Source: Verrucomicrobiia bacterium (GTDB lineage Bacteria; Verrucomicrobiota; Verrucomicrobiia; Limisphaerales; CAIMTB01). From it: a DNA stretch of 64,000 nucleotides. The DNA is taken from positions 3,283-67,282 of the forward strand of contig JAHCBA010000028.1 in assembly GCA_019634625.1 (NCBI GenBank). The letters are read 5' to 3'. A model generated the notes under the pieces. The model was not told where the DNA came from, ran no database searches, and saw only the letters and a list, made by a program, of their open reading frames with translations. This document shows positions 30,849 through 40,615 of this stretch, in pieces (the first letter of the stretch is position 1; each line of letters opens with the position of its first letter). The position numbers and the translations under genes were made by a program.

Positions 30849-31877
30849 TCAACCTCCCCCGTCCTCATCCCGCTTCCCCGCCTCCCCCCGCGCCCGCGGA
30901 TGCGCCGCATCGTACGACCGCCGCAACCGCTCCGTGGTGACATGCGTGTACACCTGCGTCGTCGCCAACTGCGCGTGGCCCAGCATCTCCTGCACCGACC
31001 TCAAATCCGCCCCCGCATCCAGCAGGTGCGTCGCGAAACTGTGGCGCAGCTTGTGCGGGGTCAGACCCGGATCCAGCCCCGCCGCCAGCAAGTGGCCCTT
31101 CAACCGATGCTGCAACGTCCGCGCCGGCACCGCCCGTCCATCGCCCCGCCCGCGCTGAAACATCGGCTCCCGTCCCTCCGGAACCCGCCCCATCCGCCCC
31201 CAGTAGGCCTCCACCGCCCGCACCGCATGGCCCCCGACCGGCACCACCCGCTCCTTCTTCCCCTTGCCCCGCACCCGCAGCAATCCCTCACGAACATCCA
31301 GATCCTCCATCCGCAACCCGCACAACTCCCCGATCCGCAGCCCGCAGGAGTAGATCACTTCAATGATCGCCGTGTCCCGTGCCGGCACCGTGTCGTCCAC
31401 CGGACGCCCCACCCCGCCCCCTTCCTCCCTCCCGCCTTCAACCCGGCCCGGAGCCTCCAGCAACGCCCGCATCTGGTCCACCGACAGGAACCGCACCAAT
31501 CGCTTCGGCGCCCGCGGCAACGCAAGATCCTTGAGCGGCACCGTCGCCACCCGGCCTCGCCGCACCAGGTGCCGGTAGAACGTCCGCAAGGCCGCGAACC
31601 GCAACCGCACCGCCGCGGCACTCAATCCCTGCCGCCCCAAATGGCGCAGATAGAACCGGAACTCCTCCCTCGGGAGCGTCGCCCAGTCCGGCTCCGCCCC
31701 GCGCATCCCCCGGTACCACCCCCGGAATTCCCGCAACGCCTGCCCGTAGTTCCGCAGGGTGTATTCCGAAGCCGCCCGCTCCCCGGCCAACGCCTCGAGA
31801 AACTCCGCCACCCGCAGATCCTCCCCGCCATCCCCCGACGTCCCCCCGGCCGGGCTGGCTGAACTCCCCGCGTTCAT
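30849..31877 (-). CDS. Tyrosine site-specific recombinase, XerC/XerD family
   Basis: ATG 31877 overlaps the upstream GT4 stop (ATGA). N-terminal SAM-like domain (TLRNYGQALREF...LRTFYRHL). Catalytic residues are in RDTAIIEVIYSCGLRIGEL, HKLRHSFATHLL and LGHAQLATTQVYTHV. This is the tail of ORF 30849..32309. Confidence 0.85.
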   Translation of the reverse strand: MNAGSSASPAGGTSGDGGEDLRVAEFLEALAGERAASEYTLRNYGQALREFRGWYRGMRGAEPDWATLPREEFRFYLRHLGRQGLSAAAVRLRFAALRTFYRHLVRRGRVATVPLKDLALPRAPKRLVRFLSVDQMRALLEAPGRVEGGREEGGGVGRPVDDTVPARDTAIIEVIYSCGLRIGELCGLRMEDLDVREGLLRVRGKGKKERVVPVGGHAVRAVEAYWGRMGRVPEGREPMFQRGRGDGRAVPARTLQHRLKGHLLAAGLDPGLTPHKLRHSFATHLLDAGADLRSVQEMLGHAQLATTQVYTHVTTERLRRSYDAAHPRARGEAGKRDEDGGG

Positions 31878-33139
31878 CCCCCTCCCGTCTCCATCGCCAC
31901 CCGGTACGCCCGCAGCAGCTCCTCCACCGACCGCTCCCAGTTGAGTTCCCTCCGCACCCGCTCCCGCCCAAGGGCCCCCATCCGTTCCCGTGCCTCCGGA
32001 TCGTCCAGCAAGGCGAGGATGGCATCTCCCAGCCCCTCGGCCGACAACCCCTCCACGTACCGGGCCGATTCCCCGGCGGAGTAACGTCCTTCCGTCACGT
32101 CGAACATCACCTGGGGCTTCCCAAACGCCATGTACTCGAGCGTCTTGTTCATCGTGCAATGGTCGTTGTACGGATTCGGCGGATCGCAGGCGACTCCCAG
32201 ATCGATCGTCTGCAACGCCGCAAACAACTCCGCATTGCTCACCCGCCCCGGCAGATCCACGTACTCCCCCAACCCCCACGCCTCCCGCTCCTTCACCAAT
32301 CGCTCCCACTCCGGTCCCGTCCCCATCAGCAGGAATTGCACGTCCCGGCGACCCCGCTCCCGGACGATGTGCCGCGCCGCCTCGATGAGATGAATCACCC
32401 CGTCCGCGTTCCCCATCACCCCGACATAACCCACCAGGTATCGCCTGCCTTTCCGCAACCCGTCATCCGGTGACACCTCCCCGGTCGCGATCTTCGGCGC
32501 GGTCCGCACCACAAACACCTCCCACGGCAGCTTTCGCCCCCGCTCCAGGGCCACCTCCCGCACCGACCGGTTGGTGGCCAGCACCACGTCCGCACACGCA
32601 TAGGTCAACCGCTCCGCCACCCGCACCGCCCAGTAGAACGGCCCGCGCCGTCCGAACTTCGCCTCGAAGAACTCCGGCCACACGTCATGCACGTCGTACA
32701 CCACCCGCACCCCCGCCAGCCACCGGTACGGCAGCGCCACCAGAAACAGCAGGTCCGGCGGATTGCACAAATGCAGGATTCGGAACCGGTGCCGCCGCCA
32801 CACCTTCCAAGCCAGCCACATCTCGCCCGCCAACGCCGACGCATACTCCCGGAAAAACCCCCACCATCCCCCGGCCTCCTCGCTGATCCAGTGCCGGTAA
32901 ATGTGAATCCCCTCCAGACATTCATACGAGGCCGTGTACCCCCGCATCTTCGGACAAATCACCGCCACCTCGTACCCCGCGTCCCGCAACGCGCACGACT
33001 CCTGCCAAACCCGCCGGTCCAGCGGCACCGGCAGATTCTCGACCAGGATCAGCACCGCCGGTCGCCGTTGCTGTGTTGCCTTGGCATTCACCGGCCCGAT
33101 TGACGCCGATGCCGCCCCCGGAACCAAGCCGGGATGCAC
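31874..33139 (-). CDS. Glycosyltransferase family 4
   Basis: AVLILVENLPVPLDRRVWQE, GYVGVMGNADGV, and the C-terminal E-x7-E-like region NKTLEYMAFGKPQV. The start is uncertain: GTG 33139 is the longest option and GTG 33091 is an alternative. Confidence 0.85.
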   Translation of the reverse strand: MHPGLVPGAASASIGPVNAKATQQRRPAVLILVENLPVPLDRRVWQESCALRDAGYEVAVICPKMRGYTASYECLEGIHIYRHWISEEAGGWWGFFREYASALAGEMWLAWKVWRRHRFRILHLCNPPDLLFLVALPYRWLAGVRVVYDVHDVWPEFFEAKFGRRGPFYWAVRVAERLTYACADVVLATNRSVREVALERGRKLPWEVFVVRTAPKIATGEVSPDDGLRKGRRYLVGYVGVMGNADGVIHLIEAARHIVRERGRRDVQFLLMGTGPEWERLVKEREAWGLGEYVDLPGRVSNAELFAALQTIDLGVACDPPNPYNDHCTMNKTLEYMAFGKPQVMFDVTEGRYSAGESARYVEGLSAEGLGDAILALLDDPEARERMGALGRERVRRELNWERSVEELLRAYRVAMETGGG

Positions 33140-33160
33140 CGGCGCAATCCCCGCATGGCC

Positions 33161-34459
33161 TCACCAGCAGAACCCCACATACCGCCCCGCCAACGGCTCC
33201 AGTTCGGCCCAGCCGTTGATGTCCAGAATCGTGTGCTCCGTCGTCACCCGGGCCGCCAGTTCCTCGATCCCGGCCACCCGCTGCGCCGCCAGGATCAGCC
33301 CGCTCCGCCCCAGCGCCTCCCCCAGATCCGCACGCAGCAGTTGCGCCAGGTGCGGCATCCGCGTGTCGATGGCCCGCTTGTTCGCCCCCACCAGCGCCGC
33401 CAGGTTCAACTGCGGATCGTAAATCCGCACCGTGTACCCCCGCCCCAGACAATGCTGCGCCACCTCCACCATGGCGCTCTCGCGCAGGTCGTCAGTCTGC
33501 GACTTGAACGACAGACCCAGCACCACCACCTCCCGGTGCCCCGACGCTTCCACCAACTCCAGCAGGCTCTGCAGGTGCCGCTCGTTGCTCGGCAGCAGGC
33601 TCTCCAGCACCGGAACGCCTACCCCCGACTGGCGCGCTTGTTGCACCAGGGCCCGCACATCCTTCGGCAGACACGACCCCCCGAACGGATTCCCGGGACG
33701 CAGATAGTACGGCGACAGGTTCAACCGCGTGTCCTCGCACAACAGTTCCATCACCGCCCGCGCATCCACCCCAAGCCCCTTGCCCAGCCGGCCAATCTCG
33801 TTGGCAAACGCCACCTTCGTCGCGTGAAAGGCGTTGCATGCGTACTTCACCAGTTCCGCCGTCTCCCAGCCCACCACCCGCCCTGCCTCCCCCACCAACC
33901 CCTTCCATGCCCCCCGCAACGGCGCCCCGTCCCGGGTTCCCAGCACCGTCAGGGACGGTCGCTCGAAATCCGCCACCGCCGACCCTTCGCGCAGAAACTC
34001 GGGGTAGTACACCACCTCCAGTCCGCCCTCCTGGACCAGCCCTTCCAGTCCCTCTTCCACCAAAGCCCGGGTGCTCCCCGGCAGCATCGTGCTGCGAAAC
34101 ACCAGCGCGTGCTCTCCTCCCTTCGCCCTCACCGCGTCCCCAATCTCCCCCGTCACCTGCCGGACGAACCGCAGATCCAATCCACCCCCCGCCCGCGACG
34201 GCGTCCCCACACACACCAGCGACACCTCCGTCGCCAGCACCGCCGCCCGCGCGTCGGTGGTCGCACTCAGTCGTCCCGCCTTCAGCCCCGCCGCCAAGTG
34301 CTCCTCCAGTCCCGGCTCAATGATCGGCGGTCGCCCCTGCCCCAGTTCCTCCACCTTCCCCGCCGCCACATCCACCCCCACCACCCGGTGCCCGCGGGCC
34401 ACCAGGCAGCCCGCCGTCACCGCTCCCACATAGCCCAGCCCGAACACCGAGACATTCAT
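33161..34459 (-). CDS. Nucleotide-sugar 6-dehydrogenase (UDP-glucose/GDP-mannose dehydrogenase family)
   Basis: MNVSVFGLGYVGAVTAGCL Rossmann start, YYPEFLREGSAVADF, the catalytic-Cys region FGGSCLPKDV, and the C-terminal domain GLSFKSQTDDLRES. Confidence 0.9.
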   Translation of the reverse strand: MNVSVFGLGYVGAVTAGCLVARGHRVVGVDVAAGKVEELGQGRPPIIEPGLEEHLAAGLKAGRLSATTDARAAVLATEVSLVCVGTPSRAGGGLDLRFVRQVTGEIGDAVRAKGGEHALVFRSTMLPGSTRALVEEGLEGLVQEGGLEVVYYPEFLREGSAVADFERPSLTVLGTRDGAPLRGAWKGLVGEAGRVVGWETAELVKYACNAFHATKVAFANEIGRLGKGLGVDARAVMELLCEDTRLNLSPYYLRPGNPFGGSCLPKDVRALVQQARQSGVGVPVLESLLPSNERHLQSLLELVEASGHREVVVLGLSFKSQTDDLRESAMVEVAQHCLGRGYTVRIYDPQLNLAALVGANKRAIDTRMPHLAQLLRADLGEALGRSGLILAAQRVAGIEELAARVTTEHTILDINGWAELEPLAGRYVGFCW

Positions 34460-34602
34460 CGTCCAGCCACCCTACCAGTCCAGGCTCCCGGGTGGACAGC
34501 CCACACAGGAGGGTTCCAAGGCCCGAAGGCCCCAAAGCCACGCCCCCCCAACCTTCGCGCTCCGCCTCAGTCCATGATCCCGATGACCGCCGCTCCCGCC
34601 GC

Positions 34603-34763
34603 AGTGCATCCCGGAGTTGTCGGTAGAGGTGCGAACTCCGCCAAGCGGCGCTTCGGAGGGCCGAGTTCCACGAGGCCGCAACGGTGTGGAGCGTTGGGTT
34701 GTGGACTCGCAGAGCTCGTCCCTCCGGTTCGCTGGCTCGTTACCGACAACTTGGGGATGCACT
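34603..34763 (-). mobile_element. MITE-like element, copy C (161 bp) with perfect 11-bp flanking direct repeat
   Basis: agtgcatcccggagttgtcggta ... taccgacaacttggggatgcact (terminal inverted repeats match 21/23). It is flanked by gctcccgccgc at 34592-34602 and again at 34764-34774. The core is in reverse orientation relative to copies A and B. Confidence 0.85.
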
Positions 34764-35065
34764 GCTCCCGCCGCCACCCGGCACTCGGCCGAACTGACCG
34801 GCGACAAGCTCATCCGCCGCAACCTGATGGAGCGCTCCGGCCGGAATTCAGCTGGAGGGCAGGAAGCGCAGAGTCAACAAGAATATGTCAGGTTTGCTAT
34901 TGGACTGCGGTCAACAATAGCGGGTCTGACTTATTATTATGTCAACTGTATGTCTCCTGCCCTTTGTTGGATGGCCGGTCAATAACACTGCGCCTGGCTG
35001 TATAATTCATCGGATCCGCGTTTTCAGTTGTACCCGAACACCCCTCCCGCGAAAGCATTGCACCC

Positions 35066-38000
35066 ATGTCCCGTTGTTCGTTCGCCAGTTGGGTCGGCCT
35101 TGCGATGGCGACCTCCTCGCTCCTATCGGTCGGGGCCGCCGATTATCGTCCGCCCCGCAAGGACCTCGGCTTCCCGATCTACACCAACATGCCCCCGGGA
35201 CGTCAGGTCGGCGGACAGCATGCCCCCGCCTCCACCCCAGCCCTCTCCCCCGAAGCCGCCCAAGCCCGCTTCACCACCCCCGAAGGCTTCGAAGTCCGCC
35301 TCTTCGCCAGCGAACCTGAGGTCGTCAATCCAGTCGCCATGACCTGGGACGAACGCGGCCGCCTCTGGGTCGTCGAGCTGTACGAATATCCCATGGGCGC
35401 CAAGGAGGGGCAGCGCCCGCGCGACCGCATCAAGATCCTCGAGGACACCGACGGCGACGGTCGTGCCGACAAGGTCCATGTCTGGGCCGACGGCCTCAAT
35501 CTCGCCACGGGCATCCTCCTCGGCAACGGCGGCGCCTACGTCGGGGTGGCGCCGCATCTCCTCTTCATGCAGGACACCACTGGCGATGACCGCGCGGACA
35601 AGTCCACCGTCCAGTTGGCCGGCTTCGGCCTGCAGGATCGCCACGAACTCCTGAATGGCTTCGCCTGGGGCCCCGACGGCCAGCTCTATATGACCCACGG
35701 CGTCTTCACCCGGTCGGAGGTGGTGGACCCCGCCGATCCTCAGTCCGAACCCGTCCTCCTCACCGCCGGACTCGCCCGGTTCGATCCTCGCCGGCAGCGC
35801 TTCGAGGTCTTCGCCGAAGGCACCAGCAATCCGTGGGGCGTCGATTTCGACCGCTATGGCAATGCCTACGTCAGTGCCTGCGTCATCGAACACCTCTTCC
35901 ACCTCGCCCCCGGAGGCATCTACGACCGCCAGGCCGGCAGCGAACCCCATCCCTTCGCCTACCAGCGCCTCCCCTCGATCAACGATCACCGCCACCACAT
36001 GGCGGCCTACGCCGGTGTGCAGGTGTATCAGGGCGACCAGTATCCGGACGAAAACCTCGGCTCCATCCTCCAGGGCAACATCCACGACCACTCGGTCCAC
36101 CAGGACGTCCTCCGCCCCAATGGCTCCAGCGCCATCGCCTCGGCCTGGCGCGATCTCGTTCGCGCCAACGACGGCTGGTTCATGCCGGTCAGCGTTCAGG
36201 TCGGCCCCGACGGCGCCGTGTGGATCATGGACTGGTACGACCGCTACCCGTGCTACCAGAACGCCAACGCCGACCCCGATGGCGTGGATCGCGAACACGG
36301 CCGCATCTGGCGCGTCGTGTACACCGGCAACGAGAAGGGCAGACCCGTCCCCTCCCGGCCCCAACGCGACATGGACCTCGGCCGCCTCTCCACCGCAGAA
36401 CTCGTCCGCCTCCTCGAACACCCCAATGTCTGGCACCGCCGCACGGCCCAGCGTCTCCTCGACGACCGTCGCGATCCTGCCATGCTGCCCCCGCTGCACA
36501 CCCTGTTCCGCACCGGTGGCTCCGTTCCCGCCGCCCGCCGCCTCGACACCCGGCTCGCCGCCTTCTGGACCCTGTCGGCTTCCGACACCCTCGCCGAGGA
36601 TCTCCTCGCCGCCGCCATTGGGGACTCCGAACCCGCCGTCCGCACCTGGGCAGCCCGATACATCGGCGAGCGTCAACTCGCCTCCCCTCGTCACCTCGCG
36701 GCCCTCACCCGCCTGGCCGCCGATCCCGACCCCGCCGTCCGCCTCGCCGTCGCCGTCGCCTGCCGCCAGTTCACCTCCGGCCAGCTCACCGTCAACCGCC
36801 CGCCCGCCACGCCGGATGTCGATGTCGGGCCGATCCTTGCCGCCCTCGTCGCCGCGTCAGCCGACGGCCGGGATCCCGTCCTGCCCTTCATGATCTGGCA
36901 CGCCGGCGAACCCCGCCTGGCGGAACATCCCTCTCTCGCCCTCGCCTGGCTCGCCGAGCACGGCCCCCGGCATCGCCCCCTCACCGACGCCCTCGCCTCA
37001 AAGGCCATGCGGCGCCTCTGCGACCTCGGCGACCCCTCGTCCATCGACCTCGCCGTCGCCTTCATCGAGCAGATCCTCCCATCGAGCGTCCCCTTCGCCA
37101 TCGCCGCCCTCGAAGGGCTCCTCCAGGGACAACAGGCCCGCGCCCTCCTGCCAACCCGCCCGGTCACCCCTCTGATCGCCAGTCTGATCCGCCATTCCGA
37201 CGCCCGGGTGGCCGCGCTCGGACAACGTCTCGGAGCCCGCTGGGGCGACAACGACGCCCTGCGCGCCGTCCGCGCCACCCTCGCCGATGCCTCCGCCACT
37301 CCCGACGCGCGCGTGCAGGCCATTCGCACGGCGCGCTTCGACCGTTCCGACATCACCCGCAACGCCCTTCTGGATCTCCTCGCCTCGCCCGCCCCGGAGG
37401 TCGTCCAGATCGAGGCCGTCGCCGCCCTTGGCGAACTCGGCGGGGACGCCATCGCTGATCAGCTCCTCGATCGCTGGCCCCGCCTCTCCCCGGCCGCGCA
37501 ACGCGCCGCCGCCGCCGCCTTCGCCACCCGGCCACGCTGGGCCATGCCCCTCCTCGCCCGGGTCCGTACCGGCGCCATTTCCGCCAGCGACTTCGGCGCC
37601 CCCACCCTCCGCGCCCTCCTCCAGAACCGCGACCCGGCAGTCCGCCGCGAAGCCCAGGCCGCCATCGGTCGCTTTCGCGAAAGCCCCGCCGACAAGGCCA
37701 GGCTCGTCGCCGAAAAGCGTGCCGTCGTCCTCGAAGGCATTCCCGACCTCGCCGCCGGCCGGGAGATCACCCGCCAGGCCTGCCTTGTCTGCCACCAGTT
37801 CCTCGGCGAAGGCGCCGACATCGGACCCGATCTCACCGGGGTCGGCCGTGCCTCCCTCGATGCCCTCCTCTGGAACATCATCGATCCCAACCAGGTCATC
37901 GGCGCCGGCTACGAACAGGTCGAAGTCGAAACCCGCGACGACCGCGTCATCTCAGGCCGCCTCGTGGAAGACACCGACGTCCGTGTGCGCCTTCTCCTCC

Positions 38001-38191
38001 AGGGCCCAAAGGAGGAAATCGTTGCCCGCGCCGACATCGTCAGCCAGCGCACCCTCGAAACCTCGGTCATGCCCGAAGGTCTCGAACAGATGTCCGACGC
38101 CGATTTCCGGGACATGGTCTGGTACATCCTCGCCCCGCCGGAGGAAGGCCCCCTTACCCCGGAAAAACGCGACGCCCTGATCGGACGTTGA
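35066..38191 (+). CDS. PVC-type heme-binding CxxCH protein (membrane-bound-dehydrogenase-like beta-propeller plus HEAT repeats plus C-terminal cytochrome c domain)
   Basis: FEVRLFASEPEVVNPVAMTWDERGRLWVVE, EDTDGDGRADK and SNPWGVDFD, followed by HEAT-like repeats (DPAVRLAVAVA..., EPAVRTWAARY...). The C-terminus has CLVCHQFLGEGADIGPDLTGVG. This architecture is typical of Planctomycetes/Verrucomicrobia. Confidence 0.85.
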   Translation: MSRCSFASWVGLAMATSSLLSVGAADYRPPRKDLGFPIYTNMPPGRQVGGQHAPASTPALSPEAAQARFTTPEGFEVRLFASEPEVVNPVAMTWDERGRLWVVELYEYPMGAKEGQRPRDRIKILEDTDGDGRADKVHVWADGLNLATGILLGNGGAYVGVAPHLLFMQDTTGDDRADKSTVQLAGFGLQDRHELLNGFAWGPDGQLYMTHGVFTRSEVVDPADPQSEPVLLTAGLARFDPRRQRFEVFAEGTSNPWGVDFDRYGNAYVSACVIEHLFHLAPGGIYDRQAGSEPHPFAYQRLPSINDHRHHMAAYAGVQVYQGDQYPDENLGSILQGNIHDHSVHQDVLRPNGSSAIASAWRDLVRANDGWFMPVSVQVGPDGAVWIMDWYDRYPCYQNANADPDGVDREHGRIWRVVYTGNEKGRPVPSRPQRDMDLGRLSTAELVRLLEHPNVWHRRTAQRLLDDRRDPAMLPPLHTLFRTGGSVPAARRLDTRLAAFWTLSASDTLAEDLLAAAIGDSEPAVRTWAARYIGERQLASPRHLAALTRLAADPDPAVRLAVAVACRQFTSGQLTVNRPPATPDVDVGPILAALVAASADGRDPVLPFMIWHAGEPRLAEHPSLALAWLAEHGPRHRPLTDALASKAMRRLCDLGDPSSIDLAVAFIEQILPSSVPFAIAALEGLLQGQQARALLPTRPVTPLIASLIRHSDARVAALGQRLGARWGDNDALRAVRATLADASATPDARVQAIRTARFDRSDITRNALLDLLASPAPEVVQIEAVAALGELGGDAIADQLLDRWPRLSPAAQRAAAAAFATRPRWAMPLLARVRTGAISASDFGAPTLRALLQNRDPAVRREAQAAIGRFRESPADKARLVAEKRAVVLEGIPDLAAGREITRQACLVCHQFLGEGADIGPDLTGVGRASLDALLWNIIDPNQVIGAGYEQVEVETRDDRVISGRLVEDTDVRVRLLLQGPKEEIVARADIVSQRTLETSVMPEGLEQMSDADFRDMVWYILAPPEEGPLTPEKRDALIGR

Positions 38192-38250
38192 ACCCACCCC
38201 CACACGTTTCCGCGTGACCGGCAGGCGGTGACCCTGGAGCCTCGCCTGCC

Positions 38251-39024
38251 GTGACATCGGACCAAGCCAGGGCCCTGCTCGTGGCCGTGAAGGCAGGGCA
38301 CACCTCCGTGGACGAAGCCCTCCGTGCCTTCGCCGCCCCGCCCGTCGAGACGCTTCCCTTCGCCAGCGTGGACACCCATCGCACGCTCCGACAGGGCTTC
38401 CCCGAGGTCATCTTCGGCGCCGGCAAGACCGCTCCCCAGATGGTGGCCATCGCCCGCAAGATCCTTCGCGCCGACGGGCAACTCCTCGCCACGCGCGTCA
38501 CTCCGGCCCAGGCCACCCAGCTCCGGCGCGCCTTTCCCAAGGCCGTCCATCATCCCGTCGCCCGCTGCGTCACCGTCGAACAGCCCCCCCTTCCCCGCCG
38601 CCCCGGCCACATCGCCGTCGTCGCCGCCGGGACCAGCGACCTGCCCGTCGCCGAGGAGGCCGCCGTCACCGCCGAGGTCATGGGAAACCGTGTCGAACGC
38701 ATCTACGATGTCGGCGTCGCCGGCATCCATCGTCTCTTCGCCCGCCTGGAGGCCATCCAGTCCGCCCAGGTCATCATCACCGTCGCCGGCATGGAGGGCG
38801 CCCTGCCCAGCGTCCTCGGGGGATTGGTGCGGCGCCCCCTCATCGCCGTCCCCACCAGCGTCGGCTACGGCGCCCAGTTCGGCGGCCTCGCCGCCCTCCT
38901 CACCGCCCTCAATTCCTGTGCCAGCGGCCTCACCGTGGTGAACATCGACAACGGCTTCGGCGCCGCCTGCGCCGCCAGCCGCATCAACGCCCTGGTCGCC
39001 GAAGCCGGCCACAACCCCGCCTGA
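38251..39024 (+). CDS. larB: Nickel-pincer cofactor biosynthesis protein LarB (AIR-carboxylase-like)
   Basis: GFPEVIFGAGKT, VVAAGTSDLPVAEEAAVTAEVMG, VAGMEGALPSVLGGLV and PVIAVPTSVGYG-type motifs. GTG start. It sits directly upstream of larC. Confidence 0.8.
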   Translation: MTSDQARALLVAVKAGHTSVDEALRAFAAPPVETLPFASVDTHRTLRQGFPEVIFGAGKTAPQMVAIARKILRADGQLLATRVTPAQATQLRRAFPKAVHHPVARCVTVEQPPLPRRPGHIAVVAAGTSDLPVAEEAAVTAEVMGNRVERIYDVGVAGIHRLFARLEAIQSAQVIITVAGMEGALPSVLGGLVRRPLIAVPTSVGYGAQFGGLAALLTALNSCASGLTVVNIDNGFGAACAASRINALVAEAGHNPA

Positions 39025-39062
39025 TTCCACATCGCCCCGTTCCCAACCCCCGCCTTCCATCC

Positions 39063-40460
<1,398 letters not shown>

Positions 40461-40489
40461 CCCCCCTGCCATCTCCCGTTCACACCCTC

Positions 40490-40535
40490 AAATGGCCGTA
40501 AACTTCGTGCATATGCACGAAGTTTACGGCCATTT
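40490..40535. repeat. Perfect 46-bp palindrome (palindromic element family, copy 2)
   Basis: aaatggccgtaaacttcgtgcat|atgcacgaagtttacggccattt. It has the same architecture and centre (cgtgcatatgcacg) as 16567-16610, and the arm differences are mirrored on both arms. Confidence 0.9.
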
Positions 40536-40615
40536 CCACAGGCGTCGTCCACCTTGGGGGGACGCCTGAACGAATTCCTGTTCCTTCGGCCCGGGACCAC
40601 CGACCAGCCCTCCTG

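Noticed and set aside
33134-35005. 623-aa plus-strand ORF
   Set aside because: It is antisense to the nucleotide-sugar dehydrogenase, then reads through MITE copy C and AT-rich intergenic DNA. The translation is extremely Pro/Arg/His/Gln-rich.
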